55,514 bases of DNA. Origin: an uncultured Nitrospiraceae bacterium. GTDB lineage: Bacteria > Nitrospirota > Thermodesulfovibrionia > UBA6902. Position numbers and translations under genes: made by a program. Below, piece by piece: positions 39,161 to 50,004 of the stretch. Within the stretch, counting starts at the first letter, position 1. Each line of letters begins with the position of its first letter. The stretch lies in assembly GCA_964347155.1 (NCBI GenBank), contig CAYFXR010000182.1, forward strand, positions 1 through 55,514, in the 5' to 3' direction. The notes beneath the pieces were generated by a model, which was not told the origin of the DNA, ran no database searches, and saw nothing but the letters and a program-made list of their open reading frames with translations.

Positions 39161-40477
39161 ATGGCTAAATTTTCATATGACAACTTACTTTTTCTTTACC
39201 TGCCGAAATTCAAGCGCACATTACCCCTCTATGCCGGTTTCACTGTTGTAATAACAATTGTCTTAAGTTATTTCTTTCATACACATTTAAAAGTTCACTT
39301 CTTCATATTTAGCGACATAGCTGAGGATTACTTTTGGGTATTTTTAACAGCAGGGTTAAACCTTCTCATTATTATAAAAATATCTGCAAAACCCCTATCA
39401 AAAATAGCTAATCATGAGAATGAGATTTTATTTTCGTTTGTTGAAGAATGCGAAGAACAAAAAATAAGACGCAACAATTTATCGGAATATTTCAAATCTC
39501 AAAAAAAATTAAATAAGCTTACCACGGCACACCTTGAAAATATAGTCAGTGAAACTGATTCTGCAGCCCACCGGATCATTATACAGGCCCAGGATATAGA
39601 CCAAGCTATGAAAGAATTGCTTGATATGCTTACCTCACTGCGCAATCAAAGTGACGAGCTGGCAAAGGCATCACATATGACTATTGAAGAAAACAAACAA
39701 TCTATAGTCCGTCTGCGCAGCTACGTTGATAACCGGCTGAAAGAATTGGAAAACGAGGGGAAAAGTGCTTTTGTCTTATCTGATCATGCAAATTCCATGA
39801 TAAAACTGGTGGATCTGATCAAAGATATTAGCGACCAGACCAACCTCCTTGCACTCAATGCGGCAATTGAGGCAGCCCGTGCAGGAGAGGAAGGGAAAAG
39901 TTTTGCTGTAGTGGCATCAAGGGTACGGGAACTCTCGATACAATCAGAACGTGCGGCAGATCAAATAGGAAAGGCCATTACAGGCATGGCAGTGCAAATA
40001 GAGACACAATTCGCCGACAAGCTGGTTAACAATACAAATGAAAATGAAAAATGCCTTCTTACAAGCCTTGAAACACAACTTATCGATCTTGGAAACAGTT
40101 ATGAGCAATTAGACGGATTCAAACAACTGATTCTCGAGCAGGTTGATATAAGCAGCAAGAAGGTAGCAAACGAGATTATGGAACTGCTGGCAAACATACA
40201 GTTTCAGGATATAACACGACAGCAGATTGAACAGGTAATAAGCTACCTTTCCGATTTGGATAAATATATCGAACACCTCAAAACCTTGAATATTAATAAT
40301 AGAGAGAGTTTTAGAAATTGTGCTGATTTCAGTTTGGATCATATTTTTAAAACGTATGTTATGAAAAAACAGCGTGATATACATCACGAGACAATAGATG
40401 ACTCTCTAAATAAAGAAGCCTTAGAGGATGTCGGGAAAACCGATGAATCTAATGAAGATAAAATCACATTTTTTTAA
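39161..40477 (+). CDS. Atypical methyl-accepting chemotaxis protein
   Basis: Two N-terminal TMs, [20 protein letters not shown] hairpin, C-terminal QFQDITRQ and ITFF. Confidence 0.88.
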   Translation: MAKFSYDNLLFLYLPKFKRTLPLYAGFTVVITIVLSYFFHTHLKVHFFIFSDIAEDYFWVFLTAGLNLLIIIKISAKPLSKIANHENEILFSFVEECEEQKIRRNNLSEYFKSQKKLNKLTTAHLENIVSETDSAAHRIIIQAQDIDQAMKELLDMLTSLRNQSDELAKASHMTIEENKQSIVRLRSYVDNRLKELENEGKSAFVLSDHANSMIKLVDLIKDISDQTNLLALNAAIEAARAGEEGKSFAVVASRVRELSIQSERAADQIGKAITGMAVQIETQFADKLVNNTNENEKCLLTSLETQLIDLGNSYEQLDGFKQLILEQVDISSKKVANEIMELLANIQFQDITRQQIEQVISYLSDLDKYIEHLKTLNINNRESFRNCADFSLDHIFKTYVMKKQRDIHHETIDDSLNKEALEDVGKTDESNEDKITFF

Positions 40478-40510
40478 ATATAGGATACTTACAAGATTCG
40501 GGAGGTTTAC

Positions 40511-40879
40511 ATGACAAAGACAATAATGGCAATAGATGACTCTGCATCAATACGACAGGTGGTTAGCATTACCTTGAAAAAAGCAGGTTATGAAGTGATA
40601 GAGGCAAGTGACGGCAGGGATGCACTGAGCAGGCTGAACGGGCAAAAGGTTCACTTGATAGTGTGTGATGTCAACATGCCGAATATGGATGGAATCACCT
40701 TTTTAAAAGAAATCCGGCAAATACCGGCTTACAAGTTTACGCCGATTATTATGCTTACGACTGAATCCCAGGAGGCAAAAAAGCAGGAAGGGAAGGCAGC
40801 AGGAGCAAAGGCATGGGTTGTGAAACCTTTCAAGCCTGAGCAAATGCTTGCGGCAATAGAAAAGCTCATATTGCCGTGA
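40511..40879 (+). CDS. cheY: CheY response regulator
   Basis: IDDS, DVNMPNMDG, LTTES and VKPF motifs. Confidence 0.93.
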   Translation: MTKTIMAIDDSASIRQVVSITLKKAGYEVIEASDGRDALSRLNGQKVHLIVCDVNMPNMDGITFLKEIRQIPAYKFTPIIMLTTESQEAKKQEGKAAGAKAWVVKPFKPEQMLAAIEKLILP

Positions 40880-40930
40880 TAAACAGGATGAAGGATATGA
40901 AATACAAGTTTCAATAAAGAGGTAAAGGCA

Positions 40931-41224
40931 ATGACAGTTAAAAAGGAAGAACATAACGGTTTGTGTAAGCTGCAGATTGAGGGTGAAATGACCATCTTTA
41001 CTGCAGCTGAACTTAAAAAGAACCTTCTTGACAACCTTACGGCTTGTTCGGAACTCGAGATTGACCTGTCACAGGTCAGCGAGATGGATACGGCAGGACT
41101 CCAGCTGTTGCTTTTGGTGAAGATGGAATCCTTTATTGCAAATAAAGAAGTTCATATTACCATGCATAGTCCGGCAACACTTTCAGTGTTGCAGTCGTAC
41201 AACCTGAATATGGAGGAGTTCTAA
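40931..41224 (+). CDS. STAS-domain protein
   Basis: IDLSQVSEMDTAGLQLL motif; between cheY and cheA. Confidence 0.9.
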   Translation: MTVKKEEHNGLCKLQIEGEMTIFTAAELKKNLLDNLTACSELEIDLSQVSEMDTAGLQLLLLVKMESFIANKEVHITMHSPATLSVLQSYNLNMEEF

Positions 41225-41229
41225 GAATT

Positions 41230-43467
41230 ATGGCGGATGATCCCGTATTACAAACATTCCTTATTGAATGCACCGAATTGCTCAAGGAAATGGAAGATTC
41301 CCTTCTTCAGCTCGAAAACTCCCCTGATGACGAAGATATCATAAATGCCCTGTTTAGGGCCGCCCATACAATCAAAGGTTCATCCGGTATAGTGGGCATT
41401 GATAATGTCGAGCGATTCACCCACACGGTAGAGAACGTGCTTGAACATGTTCGTCAGGGAGGAATCAAGGTCACCATTGACCTGATCGAACTCCTCCTGA
41501 AGTGCCGTGACCATATAGTAAATCTTGTAGAGATTGCAACATCGGATGAGCCGGAGAGCCGTTCAATTCAGTTAACGGAAAACGGCCTTCTTAAAGATCT
41601 GCGTAACTATCTGGATATAAAGACGGACCGGCAGCCAGAAGACACATGTGAAAAACCCGTTTCTGAAGATGCATCCATTATCTCTTCGTCCGGCTCATCA
41701 GGTGGCAAGATAGTTGAAAACAGCAACTGGCATATATCTCTGAGATTTGGCAGGGATGTATTACGAAACGGCATGGATCCCTTATCTTTTATACATTATT
41801 TATCCAGACTGGGTGAAATTGTCAGCCTGACCACCATCACCGATGCCATGCCACATGCCGATAAAATGGATCCCGAAAGCTGTTATCTCGGGTTTGAGAT
41901 AGACTTTAGCAGTGAATTTGACAAGCAAAGTATTGAGGACGTATTCGAATTTGTTCGTGACGACTGCGATATCTGCATTCTGCCTCCTCACAGCAAGGTC
42001 GATGAGTATATCAACCTCATTAATAACTTGCCCGAGACCCCCCTGAAACTTGGCGATATACTCATTAAAGGTGGTTGCCTCACCCGTTCCGAGCTTGAGG
42101 AGGCATTGGAAATGCAAAGCATGGAAACAGTATCGTGTGCTGCGAAGAAACCAGACGGACCTAAACAGAGAATCGGGGAAATACTCGTAAATGAAGGTAT
42201 GGTACACCCTCCTGTTGTTGATGCCGCCTTGGAAAAGCAGAAAACACAAAGAGAGATCAAAGCACGTGAAGCAAAGACCATACGTGTTGATACAAACAAA
42301 CTCGATCAACTGCTAAACCTGGTAGGTGAGCTGGTTATATCAAATGCCAATATAAACCAGCATGCCCGACGCATAGGTGACATCAATTTACTTGAATCCA
42401 CTTCGGTCCTGTCACGACTGGTTGAAGACATTCGCGACAGGGCCATGCAGGTGCGTATGGTTCCCATAGGCGAGATATTCAGCCGTTTCCACCGTGTAAT
42501 ACGTGATATCAGCCGCGATTCAAATAAAGATATTGAGCTGGTAATCAATGGAGGAGACACGGAACTGGATAAAAACCTTACTGAAAAAATAAACGATCCG
42601 CTGATGCACTTGGTGCGTAATGCAGCCGACCATGGAATTGAAGATCCTGACGTGCGTGTTGCTCGCGGCAAACCAAAAAGAGGCACTGTCCGCCTTAATG
42701 CCTACAATGACACCGGCAGCATAGTTATTGAAATTACCGACGATGGCGGAGGATTGAACCGCGACAAAATAATTCAAAAAGCCATAGAGTGCGGCATAGC
42801 CGGTACCGGTCAAACTCTTTCCGACAAGGAAATATACAAACTTATATTTGAGGCCGGCTTTTCAACGGCTGAAAAGGTAACCAAAGTCTCCGGACGCGGT
42901 GTAGGTATGGACGTAGTAAGGCGCAATATCGAGGCACTGAGAGGATCTGTTGATGTAGAGAGTCAGGAAGGCATCGGCACCGCTGTAAGTATTCGTCTTC
43001 CTCTGACACTGGCGATTATTGATGGATTTATGGTAGGGGTGGGCGCTTCATCTTACATAATTCCGCTGGACATGGTCGCGGAGTGCATTGAGCAGTCAGA
43101 GGCAGAACGTGAAGTGGCGCATAAACGGAATTATGTTAATTTGCGCGGCGAAGTTCTGCCGTATTTGCATCTAAGAAATCTCTTTGGTGAAAATGGGAAA
43201 GACGTTAAACACGAAAATATCGTTGTAGTACAGTCCGCCGGTCAGAGACTGGGACTGGTTGTGGATGAACTGCATGGAGAAGTACAGGCGGTCATCAAGT
43301 CTTTGGGCAGCGTATACAGGGATGTCCTTGGAGTATCCGGAGCAACCATATTGGGTGACGGCACGGTCGCTCTTATACTTGATATTCCAAGTCTTGTAAA
43401 GACTGTTGAAATAGATGAGGTGCACAGAAATAACCAAAACATTCAAGGAGGAATTAAAAATGGTTAA
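41230..43467 (+). CDS. cheA: Chemotaxis kinase CheA
   Basis: Hpt FRAAHTIKG, HLVRNAADHG, SGRGVGMDVV and CheW domain. Confidence 0.97.
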   Translation: MADDPVLQTFLIECTELLKEMEDSLLQLENSPDDEDIINALFRAAHTIKGSSGIVGIDNVERFTHTVENVLEHVRQGGIKVTIDLIELLLKCRDHIVNLVEIATSDEPESRSIQLTENGLLKDLRNYLDIKTDRQPEDTCEKPVSEDASIISSSGSSGGKIVENSNWHISLRFGRDVLRNGMDPLSFIHYLSRLGEIVSLTTITDAMPHADKMDPESCYLGFEIDFSSEFDKQSIEDVFEFVRDDCDICILPPHSKVDEYINLINNLPETPLKLGDILIKGGCLTRSELEEALEMQSMETVSCAAKKPDGPKQRIGEILVNEGMVHPPVVDAALEKQKTQREIKAREAKTIRVDTNKLDQLLNLVGELVISNANINQHARRIGDINLLESTSVLSRLVEDIRDRAMQVRMVPIGEIFSRFHRVIRDISRDSNKDIELVINGGDTELDKNLTEKINDPLMHLVRNAADHGIEDPDVRVARGKPKRGTVRLNAYNDTGSIVIEITDDGGGLNRDKIIQKAIECGIAGTGQTLSDKEIYKLIFEAGFSTAEKVTKVSGRGVGMDVVRRNIEALRGSVDVESQEGIGTAVSIRLPLTLAIIDGFMVGVGASSYIIPLDMVAECIEQSEAEREVAHKRNYVNLRGEVLPYLHLRNLFGENGKDVKHENIVVVQSAGQRLGLVVDELHGEVQAVIKSLGSVYRDVLGVSGATILGDGTVALILDIPSLVKTVEIDEVHRNNQNIQGGIKNG

Positions 43468-44743
43468 AAAGATTTTAACGGGCGTGATACTGACTGTGTT
43501 GATTATTTTCCTGGCGTCCGTATCGTATGCCTCTGAGGCAGAGGTATTACTCAGGATGCTCTTGAAAAAGGGCATTATAACACAGGCAGAGTACGACGAA
43601 GTTAAAGAAGAGTTGAAAGGATCGGAAGAAGGACAAAAACAGTGGAAAGTGCATGTAGATAAGCACATAACCCATGCAGAGGAGGCCGGACCAGCGCTTA
43701 CAGACGGTTTATCGATTGCTGGCGGGATAACCATGGTAGGCCAGGGAACAAGCGGTAATGACGATAATGTTCCTCCCGGAGAGGATGTCATAGACGGCAC
43801 CATATCAACAGACCTTGAGTTATCTGCATCAGTTGGCGAACACGGTGAGGCTTTCATGCTCGTAGAGGCAGGAGCAGGTGATGGGCTTCAGGATAATGAG
43901 ATAGTAACCTACTGGGGAGTCAATGACGATGCCGGAGACAATGAAAGCCATCTTGAGGTAACAGAGGCATGGTATGAGCACATGTTCTTCAACGATATGG
44001 TTACCGTTACCGTGGGTAAATTAGACATGTCCGTCTATTTTGACGGCAATGAAGTAGCAAATGATGAAACCACCCAGTTTCTTGCATCAGGTTTTGTCAA
44101 TAGTATAGCTATTGAGTTTCCTGACAACAGCGCAGCTACACGTTTAACCGTAAGCCCTAACGAGTTTATTGATATAAGTGTTGGAATGCAGTCTGGAGAC
44201 TCTGACTGGGAAGATATTCTTGAAAAACCTTTTCTCATGGCAGAAGCTGATGTCAAACCGAAATTTGGGGAGCTTCGGGGTAATTACCGCGTTTATGTCT
44301 GGACAAACAGGACTAATCATACAGAGCTGAAGGATACCACAAATGACAAGGAGCATGCCAGTGGTTATGGCATCAGTCTTGACCAGCAGGCAGCTGATTA
44401 TCTGACTCTTTTTGCAAGGGTAGGCTATCAGGACAAAAAGATCTACGAGTATGACATTGCCTGGAGCGGGGGATTGGCACTGAGCGGAAGCCTGTGGGGC
44501 AGGAATGACGATGTCCTTGGTATTGCTTATGGTGAGGCAAGATTATCCGACGATTATGAGGATTTTCTTAAGGCTGCCGGAACAAAGACCGCAAATGAGG
44601 GACATTTTGAAGCGTATTACAGCCTGACAATTAATGAACACCTGGCAATCACTCCAGATATTCAGGTAATTACAAATGCCAGTGGGGATGATGACTTTGA
44701 GACAGTAACCGTTGGTGCTGTCAGGGGTCAGATTACCTTTTAA
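43460..44743 (+). CDS. OprB-like outer-membrane porin
   Basis: Signal peptide, LLKKGIIT..EY helix, TVGKLD, ANDETTQF, EAYY, ITPDIQ, terminal Phe; ATG overlaps the cheA stop. Confidence 0.85.
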   Translation: MVKKILTGVILTVLIIFLASVSYASEAEVLLRMLLKKGIITQAEYDEVKEELKGSEEGQKQWKVHVDKHITHAEEAGPALTDGLSIAGGITMVGQGTSGNDDNVPPGEDVIDGTISTDLELSASVGEHGEAFMLVEAGAGDGLQDNEIVTYWGVNDDAGDNESHLEVTEAWYEHMFFNDMVTVTVGKLDMSVYFDGNEVANDETTQFLASGFVNSIAIEFPDNSAATRLTVSPNEFIDISVGMQSGDSDWEDILEKPFLMAEADVKPKFGELRGNYRVYVWTNRTNHTELKDTTNDKEHASGYGISLDQQAADYLTLFARVGYQDKKIYEYDIAWSGGLALSGSLWGRNDDVLGIAYGEARLSDDYEDFLKAAGTKTANEGHFEAYYSLTINEHLAITPDIQVITNASGDDDFETVTVGAVRGQITF

Positions 44744-44777
44744 ATAAATCAATTTAAAACTTAAGGAGGAATAAAAA

Positions 44778-46829
44778 ATGATCAAATTAGGAGACATAAA
44801 AGTCGGAGTAAAGTTGATTACCGGCTTTTTAATCATTGCGCTAATAGCCGCTTTTGTCGGCACGATCGGAATAATCAACATCAAGAAGGTAGGAACGGCT
44901 GCCGATATCATCATGGACGAGGAGGTACCTCTGGCGGATGCATCCATGGAGTCGACTATTGCGCTTATCAGCAGCAGGGATTCAATGGGTGAATTTCTGC
45001 TTACAGAAGACCTCAAAGAACTCGGGGAAATAGAAAACATATATTTAAAAACTACAGCTGATTTTGATGAGCATGCAGAATACATTGAAAAAAATAGTGA
45101 AGGAGAGATTGTAGCACTCGTAAAAGAGGCACAGGAGTATCACGCAAAGTTCGAAGAAAATGCAGAGGAATTAAGAAAATATCAACGGTCACATGTAAAC
45201 CATGAGGCCAAGAAAGAAGAACTTATGCAGGATTTTGACACACATGCTGCTGATCTGAAACAGATGTTAGCAAATTACGAGGAAAAACTAACACGTAACA
45301 AAAGCATTGACAAAAAAGTAGATGCCTCAATGGAATCCAAATACCTTATATTCTATATGAAAGGAATCGTTGAGGAGTATATGGGCACAGAATCTCTGAA
45401 AGAAACTCCTAAATTATGGGAAGAATTTAAGGCATTGGATGAGGAAATGGACGAGCTTAAAAAATTACTTCCTAGTGATATAGTAGCTGAATATAGTGAT
45501 TTCTATGAACTGTCTTTAACCATGTTTGATGAGCATGACGAAGTGCTCAGGGATGAAGAAAAAACCAGAGAGCATATGGAAATGCTTGATGAATACAGCG
45601 AAAAAGCAGGCGAGCTGATGGAGAAAATTGAAGTACTATCAGCATCATCCATGGAATCTGCAATGGCAAGTGCTGACGATGCTCAGAAATCATCCAAAAA
45701 GTTCATGATCATGCTGAGCATAATGAGTTTTTTGCTCGCAGGAGGTTTGGGATTCGGTCTTGCACGAAACATCACACATCCTTTAAATGATGCAGTAAAT
45801 GCTGCCGAGTCAGTAGCAGAAGGAGATCTGAATTGCCGCATCGAAGTAAAGACAAAAGATGAAATCGGCAGGGTGCTTAATGCAGTAAAGAAAATGGTTG
45901 AAAAGCTCCGTGACATTGTCGGCGATGTAACGTCTGCATCAGACAATGTATCATCGGGTAGCCAGCAATTAAGCGCAAGCTCTCAGGAGATGTCGCAGGG
46001 TGCTACAGAACAGGCCGCTTCTGCTGAAGAGGCATCATCCTCAATGGAGCAGATGGTCTCCAACATAAAGCAGAACACCGACAATGCAATGCAGACAGAG
46101 AAGATATCCAAGAAGGCTGCCGAAGATGCACAGGAAAGCGGTAAGGCCGTAACAGAGGCGGTTCACGCGATGAAGGAGATTGCCGGAAAGATTTCAATCA
46201 TTGAAGAAATCGCAAGACAGACAAATCTCCTTGCATTAAATGCGGCAATTGAGGCGGCAAGAGCAGGAGAGCACGGCAAGGGATTTGCAGTGGTTGCAGC
46301 CGAGGTCCGGAAACTCGCAGAGCGCAGCCAGGATGCTGCCGGTGAGATAAGCCAGCTTTCCTCATCAAGCATGGAGGTGGCAGAAAAAGCAGGTGAAATG
46401 CTGACCAAGTTTGTGCCCGATATCCAGAAGACCGCCGAGCTGGTTCAGGAGATCAGCGCTGCCAGCAACGAACAGAACGTAGGAGCTAACCAGATAAACA
46501 AGGCTATCCAGCAGCTGGATCAGGTGATACAGCAGAATGCCGGAGCCTCGGAGGAGATGTCTGCAACATCGGAGGAATTGGCTTCCCAGGCAGAACAGCT
46601 CCAGGAAACAATTGCGTTCTTCAAGATTGGCGATAGCAGCAGCAGGATAAAGAGGCAAAAGCAAGTAACAGAACACAAGGTAAATGTTGCACATATTGGA
46701 CATGCCGGGGCCCAAAAACCTCAAGCTGTTACAGCCGCTGCGACAGAGGTTGCTAAACCTTCCGGAATTACACTGGAGATGGGCAGCAGCAACGGAAATG
46801 ATAAAGACTCTGAATTTGAGAAATATTAA
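44778..46829 (+). CDS. Methyl-accepting chemotaxis protein
   Basis: TM, large helical periplasmic domain, TM, HAMP and signalling domain; C-terminal EFEKY pentapeptide. Confidence 0.95.
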   Translation: MIKLGDIKVGVKLITGFLIIALIAAFVGTIGIINIKKVGTAADIIMDEEVPLADASMESTIALISSRDSMGEFLLTEDLKELGEIENIYLKTTADFDEHAEYIEKNSEGEIVALVKEAQEYHAKFEENAEELRKYQRSHVNHEAKKEELMQDFDTHAADLKQMLANYEEKLTRNKSIDKKVDASMESKYLIFYMKGIVEEYMGTESLKETPKLWEEFKALDEEMDELKKLLPSDIVAEYSDFYELSLTMFDEHDEVLRDEEKTREHMEMLDEYSEKAGELMEKIEVLSASSMESAMASADDAQKSSKKFMIMLSIMSFLLAGGLGFGLARNITHPLNDAVNAAESVAEGDLNCRIEVKTKDEIGRVLNAVKKMVEKLRDIVGDVTSASDNVSSGSQQLSASSQEMSQGATEQAASAEEASSSMEQMVSNIKQNTDNAMQTEKISKKAAEDAQESGKAVTEAVHAMKEIAGKISIIEEIARQTNLLALNAAIEAARAGEHGKGFAVVAAEVRKLAERSQDAAGEISQLSSSSMEVAEKAGEMLTKFVPDIQKTAELVQEISAASNEQNVGANQINKAIQQLDQVIQQNAGASEEMSATSEELASQAEQLQETIAFFKIGDSSSRIKRQKQVTEHKVNVAHIGHAGAQKPQAVTAAATEVAKPSGITLEMGSSNGNDKDSEFEKY

Positions 46830-46844
46830 CAACTGCAGGTCTCA

Positions 46845-46932
46845 GCGGTAAGCAATTAGCTTTTAGCCTGCGGTTAAACAACCAAAGCTAAAAGCTAAGA
46901 GCTTAAAGCTTACAGCTTATAGCTAATAGCTA
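46845..46932. repeat. Opposed heptamer tandem tracts
   Basis: TTAGC-type units, then about seven AAAGCTA/AGAGCTT-type units. Confidence 0.7.
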
Positions 46933-46949
46933 AGAATAAGGAGGTAAAA

Positions 46950-47465
46950 ATGAGCGTAGCTTCAATAACAGAGACAACACAGTACCTTACATTTAAGCTT
47001 GATGATGAGGTATTTGCCCTGGATATATCAAAGGTTCGTGAAGTCCTGGAGTTCACGACGGTGACAAAGGTACCGCAAACACCCGATTTCATGCAGGGTG
47101 TAATCAACCTTCGCGGCAACGTAGTGCCTGTTATAGACATGAGACTGAAATTCGGAATGTCAGAGACAGAAAAGACGGTGAATACCTGCGTCATCATTGT
47201 AGAGATCAACCTTGATGGTGAAAGCACGGTGCTTGGCGCAATGGCGGATTCCGTTCAGGAGGTGTTCGAGCTTGAATCCGACCAGATAGAGCCCGCACCG
47301 AGGATCGGAACAAGGATGAATACAGAGTTTATAAAGGGTATGGGAAAACGCGAAGGCGAATTCATCATCATCCTTGATATTGACAAGGTGTTTTCCTCGG
47401 ATGAACTCGCGATAGTTCAGGATGCAGGAAGTTATAAACAAGCAGAAAAGGCTGAAGCCAAATAA
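46950..47465 (+). CDS. cheW: CheW
   Basis: QYLTFKL and GVINLRGNVVPVID motifs. Confidence 0.96.
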   Translation: MSVASITETTQYLTFKLDDEVFALDISKVREVLEFTTVTKVPQTPDFMQGVINLRGNVVPVIDMRLKFGMSETEKTVNTCVIIVEINLDGESTVLGAMADSVQEVFELESDQIEPAPRIGTRMNTEFIKGMGKREGEFIIILDIDKVFSSDELAIVQDAGSYKQAEKAEAK

Positions 47466-47559
47466 GTTTAACAAACTCGCATCAGGACGAAGATTACGTC
47501 GATATAGATAATCCTCAGAAATAATAAGTCAGGTGATATGATTTGAGTTCTTCGCCCTG

Positions 47560-48462
47560 ATGCAAAGACAATTAATTAAGACAAAGTCCATGAATGACAC
47601 ATATATTAATAACATGCATTCAGCAGCAATGACCGACAATAATTTTCACCGTATAAGCGAGTTCATCGAGAACGAACTTGGGATCAGGATGCCTCCATCT
47701 AAAAAAACCTTGCTTGAGTCTCGGCTTCAGAAACGGCTGCGCATCTTGGGGTTAAACTCATTTGATGAATATTGCGAGTATTTATTCAGTCCACTTGGTA
47801 TTGAGAATGAAATGATACACATGATTGATGTGGTTACCACCAATAAAACCGATTTTTTCCGGGAGCCGGCACATTTTGATTATCTTGTTCAGGAGGTGGT
47901 GCCTGAATTGGCTAATTTACATGGCTCAGGTATCAAGAAGAAACTTATAGTATGGAGTGCAGGCTGTTCCACCGGCGAAGAGCCTTATACGCTGGCAATG
48001 GTTTTACAGGAATTTGCAGACAGAAACCCTGCCCTCGGATTTAATTATCTGATCCTTGCCACGGACATTTCCACAAAAGTGCTGAAAATAGCAGAAAGCG
48101 GCATTTACAATAATGAAAGGATAATGCCAATTCCGATAGAGTTGAGAAAAAAATATCTTCTTAGAAGCAAGGATAAAAGCAGGAAGCTTGTACGAATTGT
48201 CCCGGAACTGAGGTCCTTGATCAGGTTTGGAAGACTGAATTTCAAGGAGGAGAATCTTAGTTTTTGCGAACCACTTGATATCATCTTCTGCCGGAATGTA
48301 ACCATCTACTTTGATAGACCAATACAGGAGAAGCTAATGAATCGTTTCTGTGATCAAATGATTCCCGGGGGTTATCTCTTTACGGGCCATGCCGAAACTT
48401 TAAACGGACTGGATGTTCCTTTTGTCAGGGTACATCCTGCAGTCTACAGGAGACCGTTATGA
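47560..48462 (+). CDS. cheR: CheR methyltransferase
   Basis: TTNKTDFFRE, WSAGCSTGEEPY and IFCRNV motifs. Confidence 0.96.
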   Translation: MQRQLIKTKSMNDTYINNMHSAAMTDNNFHRISEFIENELGIRMPPSKKTLLESRLQKRLRILGLNSFDEYCEYLFSPLGIENEMIHMIDVVTTNKTDFFREPAHFDYLVQEVVPELANLHGSGIKKKLIVWSAGCSTGEEPYTLAMVLQEFADRNPALGFNYLILATDISTKVLKIAESGIYNNERIMPIPIELRKKYLLRSKDKSRKLVRIVPELRSLIRFGRLNFKEENLSFCEPLDIIFCRNVTIYFDRPIQEKLMNRFCDQMIPGGYLFTGHAETLNGLDVPFVRVHPAVYRRPL

Positions 48463-48503
48463 ATTTATATGAATTCTGGAGATGGAGAAATTAGGAGGTA
48501 AAA

Positions 48504-49400
48504 ATGCACAAGCTAACTGACAGCGAATTAATAGACGAACTGAGAAAAAGGTTTGAAGAAAATGAGAAGGTACTTAACGCCCTGAAGGTAGTGAATAATA
48601 AGCTTATAGATGTCAACAAAAAACTGCAAGAGTCGGAAGCATTAAAGAGTAATTTTCTCTCAAACATAAGAAACGAGATAAACAACCCCCTAACGTCTAT
48701 TTTATGCATGTCAAAGGAACTCACATCTGACGAGACATTAACCCACGAAGCAGTTTCATCTATAGCCAATACTATATATTCGGAAGCTTTTAATTTAGAT
48801 CTACAGATGAGGAATATCTTTGCCGCTGCAGAATTTGAAGCAGGAGAGTCAACCCCGAGTATATCCAAAGTATATATTGATACGCTCATAAATAATTCGA
48901 TTGAACTGTTTTTAAATAAAGCGGATGCGAAGAAAATGAAAATGACTCTTGTCTCTCTATGTGGATCTGAAGATAACGCTTATTTTAATACGGATCCTGA
49001 AAAACTCCAGCTCGTCATGATTAATCTCTTAAGCAATGCAATCGAATACAGCCATGAAGGAGGCGGGGTGGAAATAAATATCTGGAAACATCAAGGACAA
49101 TTAAATATTTCTGTAAAAGATCACGGCGTAGGCATAGATGAATCAGAGAAGGAAGTAATATTTGACAGGTTCAAACAACTTGACACAGGTGCGTCAAAAT
49201 GTCATTTAGGTCATGGTCTTGGGGCAAGTGTAACAAAGTCTATGGTTGAAATATTAAACGGAACGATTTCCGTTTCAAGCACTAAGGGTCGGGGCAGCAC
49301 ATTTACAGTATCGATACCGGAAGCCGACATGAAAGTCGGTATTTATTCAGGGGACAGCAATGAGTTCTTTTTTGAACTTGAAGAGGAAAAGGAGTTTTAA
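48504..49400 (+). CDS. Soluble HisKA/HATPase protein lacking the H-box His
   Basis: FLSNIRNEINNPL H-box with N, G1, F and G2 boxes present. Confidence 0.85.
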   Translation: MHKLTDSELIDELRKRFEENEKVLNALKVVNNKLIDVNKKLQESEALKSNFLSNIRNEINNPLTSILCMSKELTSDETLTHEAVSSIANTIYSEAFNLDLQMRNIFAAAEFEAGESTPSISKVYIDTLINNSIELFLNKADAKKMKMTLVSLCGSEDNAYFNTDPEKLQLVMINLLSNAIEYSHEGGGVEINIWKHQGQLNISVKDHGVGIDESEKEVIFDRFKQLDTGASKCHLGHGLGASVTKSMVEILNGTISVSSTKGRGSTFTVSIPEADMKVGIYSGDSNEFFFELEEEKEF

Positions 49401-49438
49401 AGAAGTCAGATCAGAGACAGGAAGGTGGAAGCCTTGTT

Positions 49439-49921
49439 ATGGAAGCAGAGACAGTTAAAAAGGATCATTTTCTGTATCCCGGAACGCTTTTTGCCCGGAG
49501 AGGAGAATACGCCGTAACTACAATTCTTGGTTCGTGTGTGGCGGTATGTTTATGGGATCCTGTATTAAAAATGGGCGGAATAAACCACTATATGCTGGCC
49601 TTATGGAACGGGGAAGGACTGCCCTCTCCCAAGTACGGCAATATCGCGATAACAAAACTGATCGAGAAGATGATTAACCTTGGAAGCAAAAAACAGAATC
49701 TGAAGGCAAAGGTTTTCGGAGGAGCCGAGGTGCTACACAACTCAAACGGTCTTCTCAATGTAAGCCAGCGTAATATAGCGCTTGCCAAGAATATGCTGCA
49801 AGAAGAAAAAATTCCGATAATAACCAGTGATATAGGCGGCAATCTCGGACGCAAGATAATATTTAATACAGAATCAGGCAAGGTTTTGATAAATAAAATT
49901 CAAAAAAAATTAACAGGATAA
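49439..49921 (+). CDS. cheD: CheD glutamine deamidase
   Basis: TILGSCVAVC, GGINHYML, AKVFGG and DIGG..GR motifs. Confidence 0.95.
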   Translation: MEAETVKKDHFLYPGTLFARRGEYAVTTILGSCVAVCLWDPVLKMGGINHYMLALWNGEGLPSPKYGNIAITKLIEKMINLGSKKQNLKAKVFGGAEVLHNSNGLLNVSQRNIALAKNMLQEEKIPIITSDIGGNLGRKIIFNTESGKVLINKIQKKLTG

Positions 49922-50004
49922 AAGGGATCGCCCGTTCTTAGTAGTAATATGAAGGATGAAAAAACGGGTATCCAGAAATATTAACCATTGGAGAAGAGTT
50001 AGCT

